NCBI GenBank assembly: GCA_016748015.1 | Contig: JAAOMT010000009.1 | Span: 2,092,200-2,156,199 of the forward strand | DNA: 64,000 nt | Source: Geosiphon pyriformis uo1 | Lineage: Eukaryota > Fungi > Glomeromycota | Direction of reading: 5' to 3' | Shown: piece by piece, positions 1 through 14,000 of the stretch | How positions within the stretch are numbered: the first letter of the stretch is position 1 | How the letters are laid out: every line of letters starts with the position of its first letter | The notes under the pieces: model-generated | What the model was told of the DNA's origin: nothing | The model's database searches: none | The model's input: only the letters and a program-made list of their open reading frames with translations | Program-made: the position numbers and the translations under genes

Positions 1-1489
1 CACCTTCTTTAACGTAAGGAACAAGAAGAAAGGAGATAAAATTTCCCCAATAATCACCATATTCTATCCATTGAATGATTCGGGAAAGGGAAGAATTTCT
101 CACAGGCCCAGGATAAAAAAATGTTTGAAAAAATAGAAAACCAACCCAAAAATTTCCGACTATATAAAACTGTCTGAACCAAAATTTTGGAACTGTGAGA
201 TTTGAGAAATGTACGAGAAGTGTTGCCTTTGGACGGTTGGACGAATTTGTTGAGGGATCTTTCAATTTTCCATATAGTAAAAGTGAATCTCGTAGAATTG
301 GGATTTGAGAACCAATCAAGACTATTGTGATTATTATTATGAAATAGAAACGAGTAAGAACTAACAAAAGCATCCTTAAGGTAGAAACCGGGAATTTTAA
401 CATGTCATTGGTGATAAAAACATGATCATCTCTTTAACCTTTTTTTTACAGAAATAAATTAGGCAGATTGACTATTATCTTTTGCCTCCCAATTTGGATT
501 TCTCGAGTTACACCTAATTAATTTTCAAAGGAAAATTTCCTTTTATCAAATAATTGATATAAAAATTTTGAATCCTCATGTGAATTCAATGGGTTGAAAT
601 TCTCAAGAGGATGGAAGGAATTAATGAAATATTCTCACACATATGACGGAAAAAATATATTGACAATCGTCTGTTCATTCTTAATTCTGTTTGTAAATGA
701 TCTTTTAATTTGAAATATATTTAACACCCAAAACCCTACGAATCAGTTTCTAATTATGAAAGTATAGTGTATGTTTAATAAAGAAGTTTTTAATTTCGAG
801 TCCAGACTTTGGGGAATTTGGTTGCTGGACACTTTTCGAGATTCGTTTTGCTTATGATGATAAATCACAAAAATAAAATTTCATAAATAATTGATTCTGA
901 GATTACACTTTTGTTTTGGGGAAATTGGAAGATCTTGGAGTTCATTTTTAAGAATAAAACAAGTGATTATATTTTGAAAATATTTTTTTTATTGCCCATC
1001 CTGTTCCGATTGTTTTATTTCGTAAAATCAACAAAATCAAAAATTTTTGGAAGAAACTTACCACTGTACAAATTAGGTTCAATTATGCTCTATAATATGT
1101 AAAACTGGGGGAAATTTTCTAAAGAGTCTATTTATAAGCGGAAAAATTGATGCCGCGAAAGGATATGTTTTCAGAATGCAAAATGAATGCCCGTACGTTA
1201 GTAACTCGTGTTTTATAAATATTACTTAAGGATAATCTATTATGGAGCTTTACCATTCATCAAAGAAATTTCAGTGTCTTTAGTAAAGTTCAGGGAAATG
1301 ATTAAGGGATAAAGTGAATAAAAATTTGTTGAAAATTGTCCGTTTGGTTTTTGATTGAAAAGATTCATGTTCTGAACTAAGAGAAAAAGTGATCTATGCT
1401 GACCGCATGCAAAAATCAATTAAATGCATGGCCCTTCTAGCCCTGTCCATTTGATCTTCTAGAAGATCATTGAACCATTATCATCAAGC

Positions 1490-3647
1490 TTATACGTGTT
1501 GTATCATCATTGCCATGCGATCCTCTTGTAATTGAGCTTGCCTTTTGGCATTAGTGGTTAGACGAGGGAATATTGTAGGGTTGAAAGGGAAAGATAGGCC
1601 ATCCCCATGAGGTATTCCCAAAGGGACTGCAAGAAATTCAGTTATAAATTTATTGAAAAATTTTCAAGATGTTTTACAAGTTCAAATAAACTCACCAAAC
1701 CATAACCACCATTTATTTCCCATAACGGACTTAAAATTATTTCGCCATCCCAAGTCCCATAAATTTTCGCCAGGTAGAGTGGTCGTTACACCATAACCGA
1801 GTGGATTGTTGGCGTCAAATTGAACACGTACATGATATTGGCGTGACTCATATCCAATACTTTCGATTGTGGTCCGATTCGTAAATAAATATGAAGTGTG
1901 TACCAAGGTGAAACCGGTCAAAAGTAGACCAAAAAGAAAGGCCCTGGAAAAATCAACGTTCGTCAGAAATCGAAGAAAATTATCAGATTCAAAAAATTTC
2001 CCAAGACTTACAATATTAATAGTACAATCCATTGGATGTCTAAATCTTTCTATTTACGAACAATAATTGGTTCAATTATAAAGAGAGTTTTAATAGTCGA
2101 ACATTAAAAAATTTTAAATAACTTACATTATCCCTCAATTGCTGGACTAGTATAGGAATTGTAGCAGCGAAAGCAAAATCGGCATATAACGCAGTATAAA
2201 ATATGAACAAATAAAAGAATTTGTAATTATTGAAACCGACACAACCATTTACCCTACAAAGAAAATAAAGCAATTAGGTCAGGAAGCTTCCCAATTTAGG
2301 ATGAAAAGGTCAAAACCTTGAACTCATGAAAAGATAAAACTTACCAAGGGCAGTGACTTGAATGGTCATTTTAGTGAAGATGAGGAAAATTAATTTAGAG
2401 CACATTAGAAAAATTTAAAAGAAAAATTTAAAAATTCGGAAATCACTTACTGGTCCATTTTTAAAACGCATGCATTACATTCAGAACAATGATGACATCG
2501 ATCAGGTTTCACCCAATTACATATTTCGCAAAACCTTAATCTTCCCTCTTTTTTACTGACAAATGTGCTTGGCATTTGTATCGTTTCTTGGGAAAATGGT
2601 GCCAAAGTTGGTGGATGCAGTGGGTATGTTGGCGCTGGTGTCAAAGAAGGTAACTGAGAAGACAAAATTACCGTGGGTGATTCTGAATCTTGGATTATAT
2701 TCTCTGGCGCCAGTTCCGAAGATGAAACTCTGACATGAGCATTTTGCATAGGTTGGATGGGAGGTTCAGGAAAAATTGAAGTTTCGGTTTGTATCGTCGA
2801 TGAATTTGATTGAATAGGGGCACTCTGGCTCAATTTACCATTAGCTGTATGGTTATTTGTAGCCATAGAAGATGACGATGGATCTAAAACGGTCAATGCG
2901 GTGCTAGGAGGTGTTTCAACGGGTATTTCTTGATTTTTTAATCTTTTTGACTAAAATCCATCAGTTAAGATTTCAATAAGAAATAAAATATTCATCAGAA
3001 AATTCTCGAGTAAAATCTTAAGTTGAAGGAGGTATTTTCTCACATTTTTTGGTGACCCAGGATTGGTGAAGAGTATGCGAAGGTATGATGAGATGACCAT
3101 GAAAAACAGAATATTAAATATTGAAAGGTATACAGCTAAAAATGGGAAATTTCAGAAACGAAAGATTAGAATAAATAAAGATTTTAAGTTTGATTTTACA
3201 TGTGATAAGTGTAAAAAATACCTGCTTGAGCTATTCGATTATTTGATTGTATTAGAGGATCGACTAAGAATGGTAAAGAGAAAAAGAAAAAAAAAAAAAA
3301 AAGAAATTGAAAAAATTAAGATCGAAAAACCATCAACATGCCAAGGCATTCTGAATAATTATATTTTGTTAAATCATTGGTGTGAGAAGTGTGGAGTTAC
3401 GACGGGCCCTTATTTTATGATAAGCAAAGAAAATTATAATTTTTCAAAATTTTGAGGTAGTCTCGTTTTTTTGTAAGGATCTTGAGAACCCGACCAGCCC
3501 CTCCTACTTCTCAAAATAAGTTTCGATAGATGAATTTTTAAAGAGCTTACCACATATCCGAAATACGAACACATAATAAGTATAACCCACCAACCCTAAA
3601 ACTATGACCGGCATAAATCTTCCAACAAGTATCGTTAAAGAACTCAT
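1490..3647 (-). CDS. DHHC-CRD protein S-palmitoyltransferase (Pfa3/ZDHHC2-15-20-like), 9 exons
   Basis: Exons read by hand, all with GT..AG introns: 3647-3551, 3263-3222, 3135-3044, 2950-2451, 2356-2345, 2253-2127, 2049-2012, 1943-1696, 1626-1490. The spliced protein starts MSSLTILVGRFMPV and has TM helices, NPG, the CRD ([37 protein letters not shown]), TTIE, NLWDLGWRNNFKSVMG and GDG motifs. Confidence 0.93.
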
Positions 3648-5197
3648 TACTGTTTTTAGTATGTTATAAGTTATGGGATGTGTATATTTTTTTCAAAAAC
3701 GTGCAAAATTATGCATGAATAATTTTTTTTAGAAAAAAGTTTAATAGTATGTAGCCGTACAGAAATATTTGAGATAGGATCAAAGGGAAAAAGTGAGGCG
3801 GTAAGAAAAGGTGAAGTTAAATAAAGGATTTTAAAGCTTAATGTGTGTGATTCGAAACTTTAAGGAACAGGAATCGTAATTGTGACAATAACCAAAAATA
3901 CAACTCCTATTAAATATAAGAAGGCGAAAAAAAGAGTGAAAGACAAAGGGATATACAGGAAACAAACAAAGGTCTGTGAAGGGTCAAAAGATGGAAAAAC
4001 TGGTTTGTTAGTTTAAATGAATCATGTATTAAATGCACCTAAATAATGATATATGTAAAATTACAAAATGGTTAATATAGAATATATGCTGATTTGATTC
4101 AGCAACAATTAACGAAGTTGGGCAAATGTGATATAATGAATATATCACCTAAAAAAAATACATTAGATTTAAAGAAGTGGGCCGAGATTTACGCGCGGGC
4201 ATTTTGAGATCAATTCCAAATTTCAAAAAAGAGGAAGGGACCGGAAGGTTCCGAATTCGGGGAGGAATAATCTTATCTTTTTTGAACAGACGATTTGTTA
4301 TGCATTTGTGTTTATTATCCCCACATGATTATATTAAAAAGGGTTAAAAATATTGAAAATTAATCATAGAATAATGAACTATTTTTATTCGAGAAAATCT
4401 TGATCGGGTAACCATTTAACCAAATTTTTATAATAATAAAAAAAAAAATAATAATGAAATCGACGAGAATTAAAAATGATTGAAATTTTTTCTAAAATAT
4501 TAGGTAATGCAAACCTAAAAGAGTATTATTAATGCAAAGAATTTCTTTGTTTTCAGAAGATTAAATGGCTGAACAGCTGAACAGTTATTACCTTTAAACA
4601 TTTTTGATCGATCACATAAGAAAACATTGGGATAAAATGACATGACTACTTTTAAAGAATTGTGACTTTTTTTATAATGTAAATTTTTTCATCAATGAAA
4701 ACTTAATCATTACATAACTGATTTCCTAAAGATAGATTTATGGGACACTTTTGGTTCAAAAGTTATTGAGAATTTTTTTAATTTAAAAATTAATCAAACA
4801 TAAAATTTCAGGTTAGAATTTTATTATTTATTCAAATAAGTCTTAATAAAAGAATCTTTAGAACGAAAATTCTAATGAATAATCCGAATTGTTATACTAT
4901 TAGAGGTATCTAAGAAATAAGGATTTTTAGGTCAGTTTTAGATATCAATTCATTTTAGTTGAAATAAAAAAATTTTTTATTAAATGTCTCACGATAAATT
5001 CCAATATTAGATTACAAAGGATTAACCAGAAATTAATGAATGTTAATATTCGAGCACTTTTTCTCGCATGAATTTGTAGCACTAATAAAAAAAAATCATT
5101 TTAACCAAAAGACTTTACTTCATATTCAATGTTTATTATAATGAACCATTAAAATTTTTTATTTTCAGAAAGAGATAAATGAAAGTAACTGATTATA

Positions 5198-5200
<3 letters not shown>

Positions 5201-5233
<33 letters not shown>

Positions 5234-5259
5234 TCAAAANNNNNNNNNNNNNNNNNNNN

Positions 5260-5299
<40 letters not shown>
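5201..5299. other. Poly-A tract with a short assembly gap (N at 5240-5259)
   Basis: Seen directly. Confidence 0.9.
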
Positions 5300-5303
<4 letters not shown>

Positions 5304-5844
5304 GTCACAATACGATGCCGTTCTAGCAACAAGTTTTTACTCTGGAAACTTCTAGAAAGGATATAATCTTAAAAAAGGTGATTATATCCAAAAAACATTT
5401 TTAATCAAAAATTTTAAACAAAGAATCTAGCCTTTAATTCCTATGAGAAAATGGTCAAAATGATTGTCTTGCATTTTGACTCATTTTAAACGTTTTTAAT
5501 TTTCAGATTTCAACCGAGCATTGCTATTAAGCAATTATCTTGACCAAAGGCTCTTGCTGACATCCAAAAATGCATGAAAATCTTTTGAGAAAAGATTTAA
5601 GGACAATGAATAATAATAGTTTGATATTAATTTTGTCTTTGAAATTTGTGTTAATCTAAAAAAAAATAAAAAAAACTATTTTGTGTTGCGTAAAACCCAA
5701 TTGGGATGTTACAAAAAGACAATTCAAGAAGATCGATCTTTGAGTAAATAATCTAATAAAAATTTTAAATCCGGCTTTTTCGAACATTCCTGCACTCTTT
5801 CAATCAAAAAAGATAAACATTGGAAAGTTAATATTAAATTATTG

Positions 5845-5846
<2 letters not shown>

Positions 5847-5910
<64 letters not shown>
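5847..5910. repeat. (ATT)n microsatellite
   Basis: About 21 tandem ATT units. Confidence 0.9.
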
Positions 5911-6535
5911 TAAAGTTTCAAAAAATTTTATATAGATTAATAATGGGATATAATTTTTTTGGTGAGACATACAATAAGGGTGAAAAATTAATCAGAGTTT
6001 CACAGGCTAACCTATCAAGTTCGGATTTATCTTAAACCTTAAAAAAGAAAATAATATACTTACACTATCATGCATATAACTTTGAAAAAAAATCAAAAAA
6101 ATTCGTCTTTCCTTTTTATGGAATATCAAAAATATTTCCTTTATTTTTTAATCTTTGTTCCTCTTTGACTTGTAGAGTAAGTTTTTATCGAAAAAGTTTA
6201 GAATGGCGTTTTTTAGAATTGCTTAAAAGGAAAATTTGATTTTCATAACATTCTGAACCTGTTAGTATAGAAATTTCGGAATGGAAATTATTAACTACCT
6301 TCATAATAAGTTAGAAAGATTTCTACAGGATCCTAAATTTGGTAATTATTATAGTATTTTAAATTCAAAAATAATGATAACGGCTCTTTGCAATCACTTC
6401 TATGGAAAAAGGGTGGTAAAGGATAGCTTAAATAATTTTTAATCCTTACCATAATTTAATCTTGATAATAAATTATTGAAAGCTATATTTGCAAAAGATA
6501 TCAAAACAAATTTCTAATATTAATAATAATGATAT

Positions 6536-6536
<1 letters not shown>

Positions 6537-6588
<52 letters not shown>
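6537..6588. repeat. (AAT)n microsatellite
   Basis: About 17 tandem AAT units. Confidence 0.9.
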
Positions 6589-6589
<1 letters not shown>

Positions 6590-6866
6590 TTGAAACCTTA
6601 AAGGTATAAAAATATTTATTAATAGAGCTCTTTATATCCGAGCAAATTTTCGATTGGTAAAAAATTTATACTTTATATATTTGAGGCTTCTTTTCAATAA
6701 AATATTTTGCAAAAAAAATTTCAGTCATGAAATGAAACAGATGACTCTTGAACGATAATTGTTAAAAAAATTTTATTGCATTTTAGCCCTGATCTGAAGT
6801 TAAATATGAAAGATATCAGTCGAAACCTGTCCCTTCGGATAGATTGTAACACAAAATCTCTATCTA

Positions 6867-7890
6867 TCACAATCCAACAATTCCGGCAGTTGTATACTTC
6901 GAACCCTCTGATTCTTTGGATGTTGCCATATTAACTAAAAGTCTTGGATGTGTAAGCTTAGTTCTGGAAAATAACACGGAACCCCCCCCCCCCGCCTCTT
7001 TTTTCGAAATTAAGAGGCCACAAAACATGCTTGTTGACGGATTATGCAGATGAGTGAGATAGAAACGGTTCCACTTGGATTTCAAAAATTTCTGTTATTT
7101 TTTGTCGCAGATCTTTTTGATATCGAAATATTAGTGTCTTGACAGACCTTACAAATTCGTATTATTCTTAATCAATTCCTCCCTAGCAACCAATGTTTTA
7201 TCGATTAGAGTCGCGGGCGCTTTGCCGTGCATACCCCGAAATAAGATTTCATGCCATATTGCAGCTTTTTGGAGTTTCTTGTCTTCTTATTCATTAGCGT
7301 CTTTTCCTGCTCAAACATCTTTAAAAACTCAAGTTTATCTTTGATGAATTGAGGCTTTATCCAAGCCTGTTTTGATAGACTATTATGGTAATTTTTGGCA
7401 TAAAACCCGCGATATCGATTCCGGTAGACAAATCTCGTCAAGCCCAACCAATCTAATTCTAAAAACAGGATTAATTGAATGACCGCTTCAAAAGCTCCTT
7501 TTGAGGAAGGTCCGGATTAATATTGAGTTGGGATTAACTTCTATTTTCTCACATCTGCGACGAGCTGCTGTCGTTTTGCGCCTGTTCTGGCGTTCTCATC
7601 TATGAGAGACAGCTCACCTTCCCCAAATGCGGTAGATAAAGACTGTCTTGTGAGAGTTCATGCTCATCGGAGGTTGCATTATCGAAGAGAACCACGAGTT
7701 TTGTAAAATCGAAAAAGATATATTGAAATAAATCGAATGCTAATTGGCAAAGCCTATCATGGTGGATGACTAAAACTTCCGAGGCCATTCCGCAGCTTGT
7801 TTGTTGCTTGAGATCCTTTTTTTTGGTTTCTACTAGAAACAATGGCGTAGAGGTAACCTTGGTAGTGATGGTGATATCAGCATTTTGAGT
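6867..7890 (-). pseudogene. Decayed coding remnant of unknown family
   Basis: Higher-GC, CpG-containing island with three consecutive minus-strand ORF pieces (7600-7842, 7205-7447, 6867-7085) that read like protein but are broken by stops and frame changes. Confidence 0.35.
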
Positions 7891-8427
7891 AGTTTAGGAA
7901 AGAAGAGAAAAAAGTTGGGGTTTTATATTTTCACAATTTTGTATTTTAACTATGCGCGCTCGCTTTCTTTTATTTATTTATTTAGTTATTTATTTGCGAT
8001 TCTTATTTTCTTCAATACTAATAGATAAACTTTGTTAGACGGTTTTGAGATAGTTTTACTTTTATATGTTTAATAAAAAGAATTCTTTAAAATAGTTGTA
8101 ATTTTTTTTCAAATTTGAATATATGAAACAAAACAAAACAAATCATAAAATTTATAAAATTATTTGTAAAACTATTAATTGTTTATAATCATAAATTAAA
8201 ATTGGCTAATTTAATATAAATTTCACATTAATCATAAAGTTTTCTTTTTATTCATAATGTTGTTAGGTTTTTAAAAAACTTATTTTAATGATAATATCAA
8301 ATTATAAATATTTCAAATCAATTATTTAAAATTTAGTTACAACAAATATTTTTCAAAAAATTCAAATTTAATATTTAATATTTAATATTTAAATATTATA
8401 TAATAATTGTTTAAAAATAAATAAATA

Positions 8428-8458
<31 letters not shown>

Positions 8459-9240
8459 TTATAATATTTTGTTTTTAATATTTTCTTAAATTTTTAAAAC
8501 AATAATAAATTATTTTCGAATTTATAAAAAATTTATAATATTTTATTTTTTAATTGTAATTTGCAAAAAATAAATTTTGCATTGTATTTGTCTTTTAATA
8601 TATTGTCCATAATAATTGAAATTTACATTTTAGTTAATATATATGTAATTAATTTTTAAACCACATGCATATTTTATCATAAAACATCATGGTAATTGAA
8701 ATTAAATAAAATTAATAATTATAATTTGGGAACGCTAATTCGTTGGACCAAAGAATTTTTGAAAAAGTTAGATCAAACTTGATTATTATTTTGTATAAGG
8801 ATAAGGATAAGTCATCAAATGAGAGTTTGCACTTTTTAGGGTTATAAAAAACTCGTAATAGAAATTTTTATGAATCACAGCCAGACAATAACAAAATCTT
8901 TTGCCAAGTTCTCGATAAATATTCATCCCAGAGAGAGTTTATACAAATCGTCTTCTTATTGCTCAAATGATTGACTTTTCAAACTAGTTCGTTCATTTAA
9001 TTTGAAAGTGTTAGATTTTTATTGATTATCTAATTAAAATTTACTCTATTAATACTATTTAAAAGGCATATATATATATATATATATATACCATTATATA
9101 TACCATTATATGTCCCATTTAAATCGTTTTTTTCACGAGTAAAAGAAATAGTGTTTTTAGCAAACCCGGAAAGGTGTTATTAAGAGATATATTTAACCTA
9201 AAAGAAAACTAAAATTAGATTCGTTGAAAATTTAATGTTG

Positions 9241-9248
9241 AAAAAAAA
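9241..9248 (-). terminator. RNA polymerase III oligo-T terminator of the 5S gene
   Basis: T8 run on the minus strand at the 3' end of the 5S sequence. Confidence 0.8.
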
Positions 9249-9364
9249 CTACGGCACCCTGTATTCCCGCGTGGTCCCCCACCGCAGTACTGACAAGGCC
9301 ATTAGTGGTTTAACTTCGGAGATCGGACGGGTTCCGGTGCTTTGCACTATGTATGGCCGTAGTT
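9246..9364 (-). rRNA. 5S rRNA gene, solitary (dispersed) copy
   Basis: The reverse complement reads AACTACGGCCATAC...CCCGTCCGATCTCCGAAGTTAAAC...AGTACTGCGGTGGGGGACCACGCGGGAATAC...GCCGTAGTT. It is about 119 nt, its ends pair (helix I), and the typical eukaryotic 5S blocks are present. Confidence 0.96.
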
Positions 9365-9779
9365 ATTAATACCATAAAATATTACATTATTATTCATTAT
9401 CGATTGTTTTGCCTTTAAAACAAATCTATGAAAGCAAATCAACATTTTAACTATTTTAATACTGAAATATGTTTATGCATATTAATTATTCTTTGTAAAA
9501 AAAGTGAATAATGACTTTTTTGATATTATTTTAATAACGTTTAATTTACTAATATAATTCTTTAATCTTTATAAAAAAAAATATATTAATTAATGCAAAA
9601 TTATTTATTTATCTAAAATTATATGTTGGATTATTGATTTTAATCGCCTCTTTAGTGGGTTTTTTTGCTCAATGACAGAAAAGATAATGAGGATTATCAA
9701 GCGAATGAAGAAGAGGGTGACGAGGAAGAAAGATTTACTAAGACTTTTGAAAATTATCTATAAATGTGCATATATTTTC

Positions 9780-10961
9780 TAATTATATATTAATTTTAGA
9801 ATTTTTTGCTAAAAAACTTTATATAATGTTTTATCTTTTTAGCAGTTTTAATTTTTTTATTTCAATAACTTGTTAAAATACCATCTACAAAATTATTTAA
9901 TATATTGTCAACAAAATACCAATAAATCATTTATTTTTAAATTTTGTGTGCCAGCTTAATCAAAAAATATTTTAGATTACTTAAAAAATAATATACAGTA
10001 TATAAATAAGATTAATATATTTTTTAAAAACCATAATTATTTTATATATTAATTAATTTTTAGCATCATCTTTGAAAATAAATAAATATATATATATATA
10101 TATATATATAAATTAAAATAAAAATAAAAATTTCATAACTTGGAAAAATTATTTAAAAATAAAAATAAAATTAATTTTTTTGATAATAAAACTATTTTTT
10201 GAAAAATAATTATAAATATCTATTTTATTATTATTTCCAATATTTTATATTTAAATTATTTATATTTAATTATTGTAATAATTAATAAAATAAGTTTGTA
10301 AATATTATTTGTATTTATACTTAAAATAATCAACAATTATTTTGTATTTCTTTTATTTAGTAATTTTATATATAACAAAAGTTTAATTTTTTGGTTTTAA
10401 TTTACATATTATTAAAAATTAAATTGTTAACAACAATATTATAAAAATTTATGTTAATTTTAATATTAAATAACAATTTAATAAATTAATTATATTTAAC
10501 TTGTTAATATAATAATTATCATGAATTTCTAAAAAATTTTGGAAACTTCAAAATTATTATTATCAAAATTGTAAACTCTGTTTAATTAATTCTAATAATT
10601 TACAAAAAAAAAAGTTTAGTTTTTTATATTTAAATTAAAAATATAAAAAAGTGGTTTATTAAGATTTAAATTTCATAGACTATGGCTTTAATATAAGTTT
10701 AAAATTTGTATCTTTCTTAAATAAATATGTATTTAATTTAAAGCATTTAAGTTTTTTTGGTTTATATAATAAATTTAGATTTTTACATGTATTTTTATTA
10801 ACAATTATTTTATAACAAATTTTTTTTTGTATATAATTAAATTTTAATTGGTTTAAATAATCAATTATTATAAAAAATACATATATTAAATTTATTATAA
10901 AATATATTTAGTTTTATAATAATAAATTTTATTGAATAATATAATAAAATATAACAATGAA

Positions 10962-11006
<45 letters not shown>

Positions 11007-14000
11007 TATTATTATTATTATAAATCTTAAAATCCAATCTTAAATTTGTAAAACAATAAAAATTTGTTAAAATCTAAAATAATAAAAAGTTCAATAAATT
11101 AATTATTTTGTCAAAAAACTATTATTATTTACAAAATTTAAAAAAATTTAATATTTTTAAAAACCTGGTGTTCTAAAGCTAAAAATTTTTGATATATTGT
11201 AGTTATTTACAATTGTTTATACTTTTTGGTTTTTTTAGACATTAAAATATTAATATATAAAATAATAAAAAATAATTGAAATAAAATTTTTTTGAACTTA
11301 AAAATATTTTTAATAATAATTAATATTAAACAACCAAAAAATAAATAATTATAGTATTAAGTTAATAAATTGTATAACCAAAAATTAATCAATTAATTTT
11401 AACAAAAAACTGACTAATTATTTAAAACCAAAAAAAAATTAAAATCTTTAAAACATATAATTTTATATTATTATTAACTCATAGATTTTAATTTAATATT
11501 AATAATTAAACCAAATATTTTAAAAATATTTTAAAAGATACCAAGTAAAATATTATAAAAAATTGCAATAGTAAAAATAAAAATTTATTAATAATATTTA
11601 AAAAAAAACTTAAAAAACAAACTTTATATACAATAATTTAATATTATTTTTTAAAATTAATTTAAATTCAATAAAATTTAAATAGTATTTAAAAAACAAA
11701 CTATACTTTTTTTTATATTTAGAATCACAATTAAAACAAAGAATGAAAAAAAGCAGTCTTTATTTTTTTAATAATTTTATACTTAAAATGTTTTCTTAAA
11801 AATAAAAATAATTAAATAGTATTTTGTAAAAACATTACTTTTAAGTAATAAAGAATTTTAACTGCTAAAAAACATTTTTTTTTTGGCTTTAAATAAAAAA
11901 ATTTTTTTTTAAAATTTTTTTAAATAATATATTAAAAATATAATTACTATTATTTGTAAAAAAAGTTTTAAGATTTTTAATTATAAACCAATAACTAAGC
12001 TGTTATTTTCTATTGTCGATTTTTTTGTTTAAATTCAAAACAAAGAAACAATTTTTTTTAAATATTAAAAAAATATTAGTTTTTTTATTTTTTTTAATCT
12101 TTTTACTAGCTTTATTATAACTATACCGATCAAAATAGTTAATTTTAATATAACTTTAAATAATAATAATAATAATAATATGTTTGTTAAAACTGGTTTA
12201 AATTAATATATAATTGAATTGTTTAACGTGTTAAATTTTAATTAACTATTATTAATTTAAAAAAAAACAAGTTATATATTTACATATAATTTTAATAAAT
12301 CAATTAATTTATTTGATTTTAAAAATTGGGCCAATAAAATAAAAGCTAAAACACTTTTTTTCTTTGTTTTTTAAAAGCATTATTGGTTTTAATAATATTT
12401 AAAAAATATTATTAATAGTTGAAAATTTTTGAATAAATAACTTTTATTTAAATGTTTAATAAAACTATTAAAATTAAGTTAACTTATATTAAAACTATAT
12501 TTTAATTTTTTTATAGTTTAATTAAATTAAAATTGGTTATTAAAAACAACATTAGTTTGTATTTTAAAATTTTTTAAATATTATTATCAAAATTGAACTT
12601 TTTAAATTATTTTTTATTATTATTTTTAAAATTGTAAACCTTTTTGTAAGTATTGTTTTTGTTTTTGTTTTTGCTATTGTAATTTTGCATAATATTTTTT
12701 TAATTGTTTTTTCTGATAAAATCAAGAGAGTTTTTAGTGTTTTTGATTAAGTTTTTAATATTTAGTTAAAGTTTTTTGATTTGTAATAATATATTATTGT
12801 TTATTTTAAGTTTTATAAAACTGTTTTTATTTGTTAATTGGTTTTGATAATAAAAAATAGTATTAAATTTTTTTTGTTAATTAAAAAAATATTGTTTTTT
12901 ATAATACATATAAAAAACAAGTTAGTATATTTTTTCTTTAACTGTATAACTTTTAAAATTAATAATTTGGTTTTTTAAATTAATAATCAAATTTGTTTTT
13001 TTTTATTTTTTGGTTTTTTAATACTAATTAGCATTAACAGTTTTTTATTATCTTTAAATTCAAAAATATTTTAATAAAGCAATTATTAAAATAAATAAAT
13101 TGTATTTGGTCAAAAAATTTTAAATGTTAAGATTTTTATATGTATTAAAATTTAAATTATTTCATTTTTTAATTATATGATTATTTTTTTTAATTTTTCT
13201 GTTATATTTAATGTTAAAATTGTTGTTGTTTTTTTAATAATTTTGTTAATAAGATATATAAATTTAAATTAAATTTTGTCTTACTTAATAAAATCTATAA
13301 TTAAAAAAATTAGATTGTTTTAAAGTAAATTATAATATAAATATTAAAACTCAGTTTATTTTTGATTTAATTATTAATTTGTTTAAAAGTTTATTTTAAT
13401 TCAAAAATAAATGTAAAAACTTTTACTGGTTTTACATATTTTTATAATTTATTAACTTTAAATTAGTTATAATTAATTATAAAAAATTGTATTATATATA
13501 TAAAATTTCACACTTATTTTAGAATTTTTTATGGTTGTATTGTAATAGGTAGTGGTTGGGCTGCATTCGTTAAATAAATAAAATAAAGTAGAATTTTTTA
13601 AGAATACAACAAAAAAATAAATGTATATAATTGTTAAAAATGAAAATACATTTGTAAAATAATATAATAGAATAAAAAATCTTTATCAATTTATTAACTT
13701 AAGTTTAAATGTTTAGTTATAAATGCTGAAATTACTATTTGTAGAATTTTGGTTTTATATATATATATATAAAAAACAGTAAAATTAAACTTTGAAAAAA
13801 CATTTAAAAAAAAATAAACTTAATAAAATTTAATTAACTTTTTAATGGGTAGTTTAATAAAATTTTTACAATGTGTGACTTGTTTCAATATTAAAAAAAC
13901 AAAAAAAAAACAATTATATAATTAACAAACTTTAATTAACTAATAAAAATTTTTTAATTGTTAATAATATTAATAATAACAAAAAAAAATTAATTTTAGT

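Noticed and set aside
1-60. Possible start of a minus-strand gene leaving the window (MVIIGEILSPFFLFLTLKKV)
   Set aside because: Only 20 codons are visible and no motif is recognisable.
3063-3455. 130-aa Lys-rich plus-strand ORF
   Set aside because: It is antisense to exons and introns of the DHHC gene; the Lys run is an intronic pyrimidine tract.
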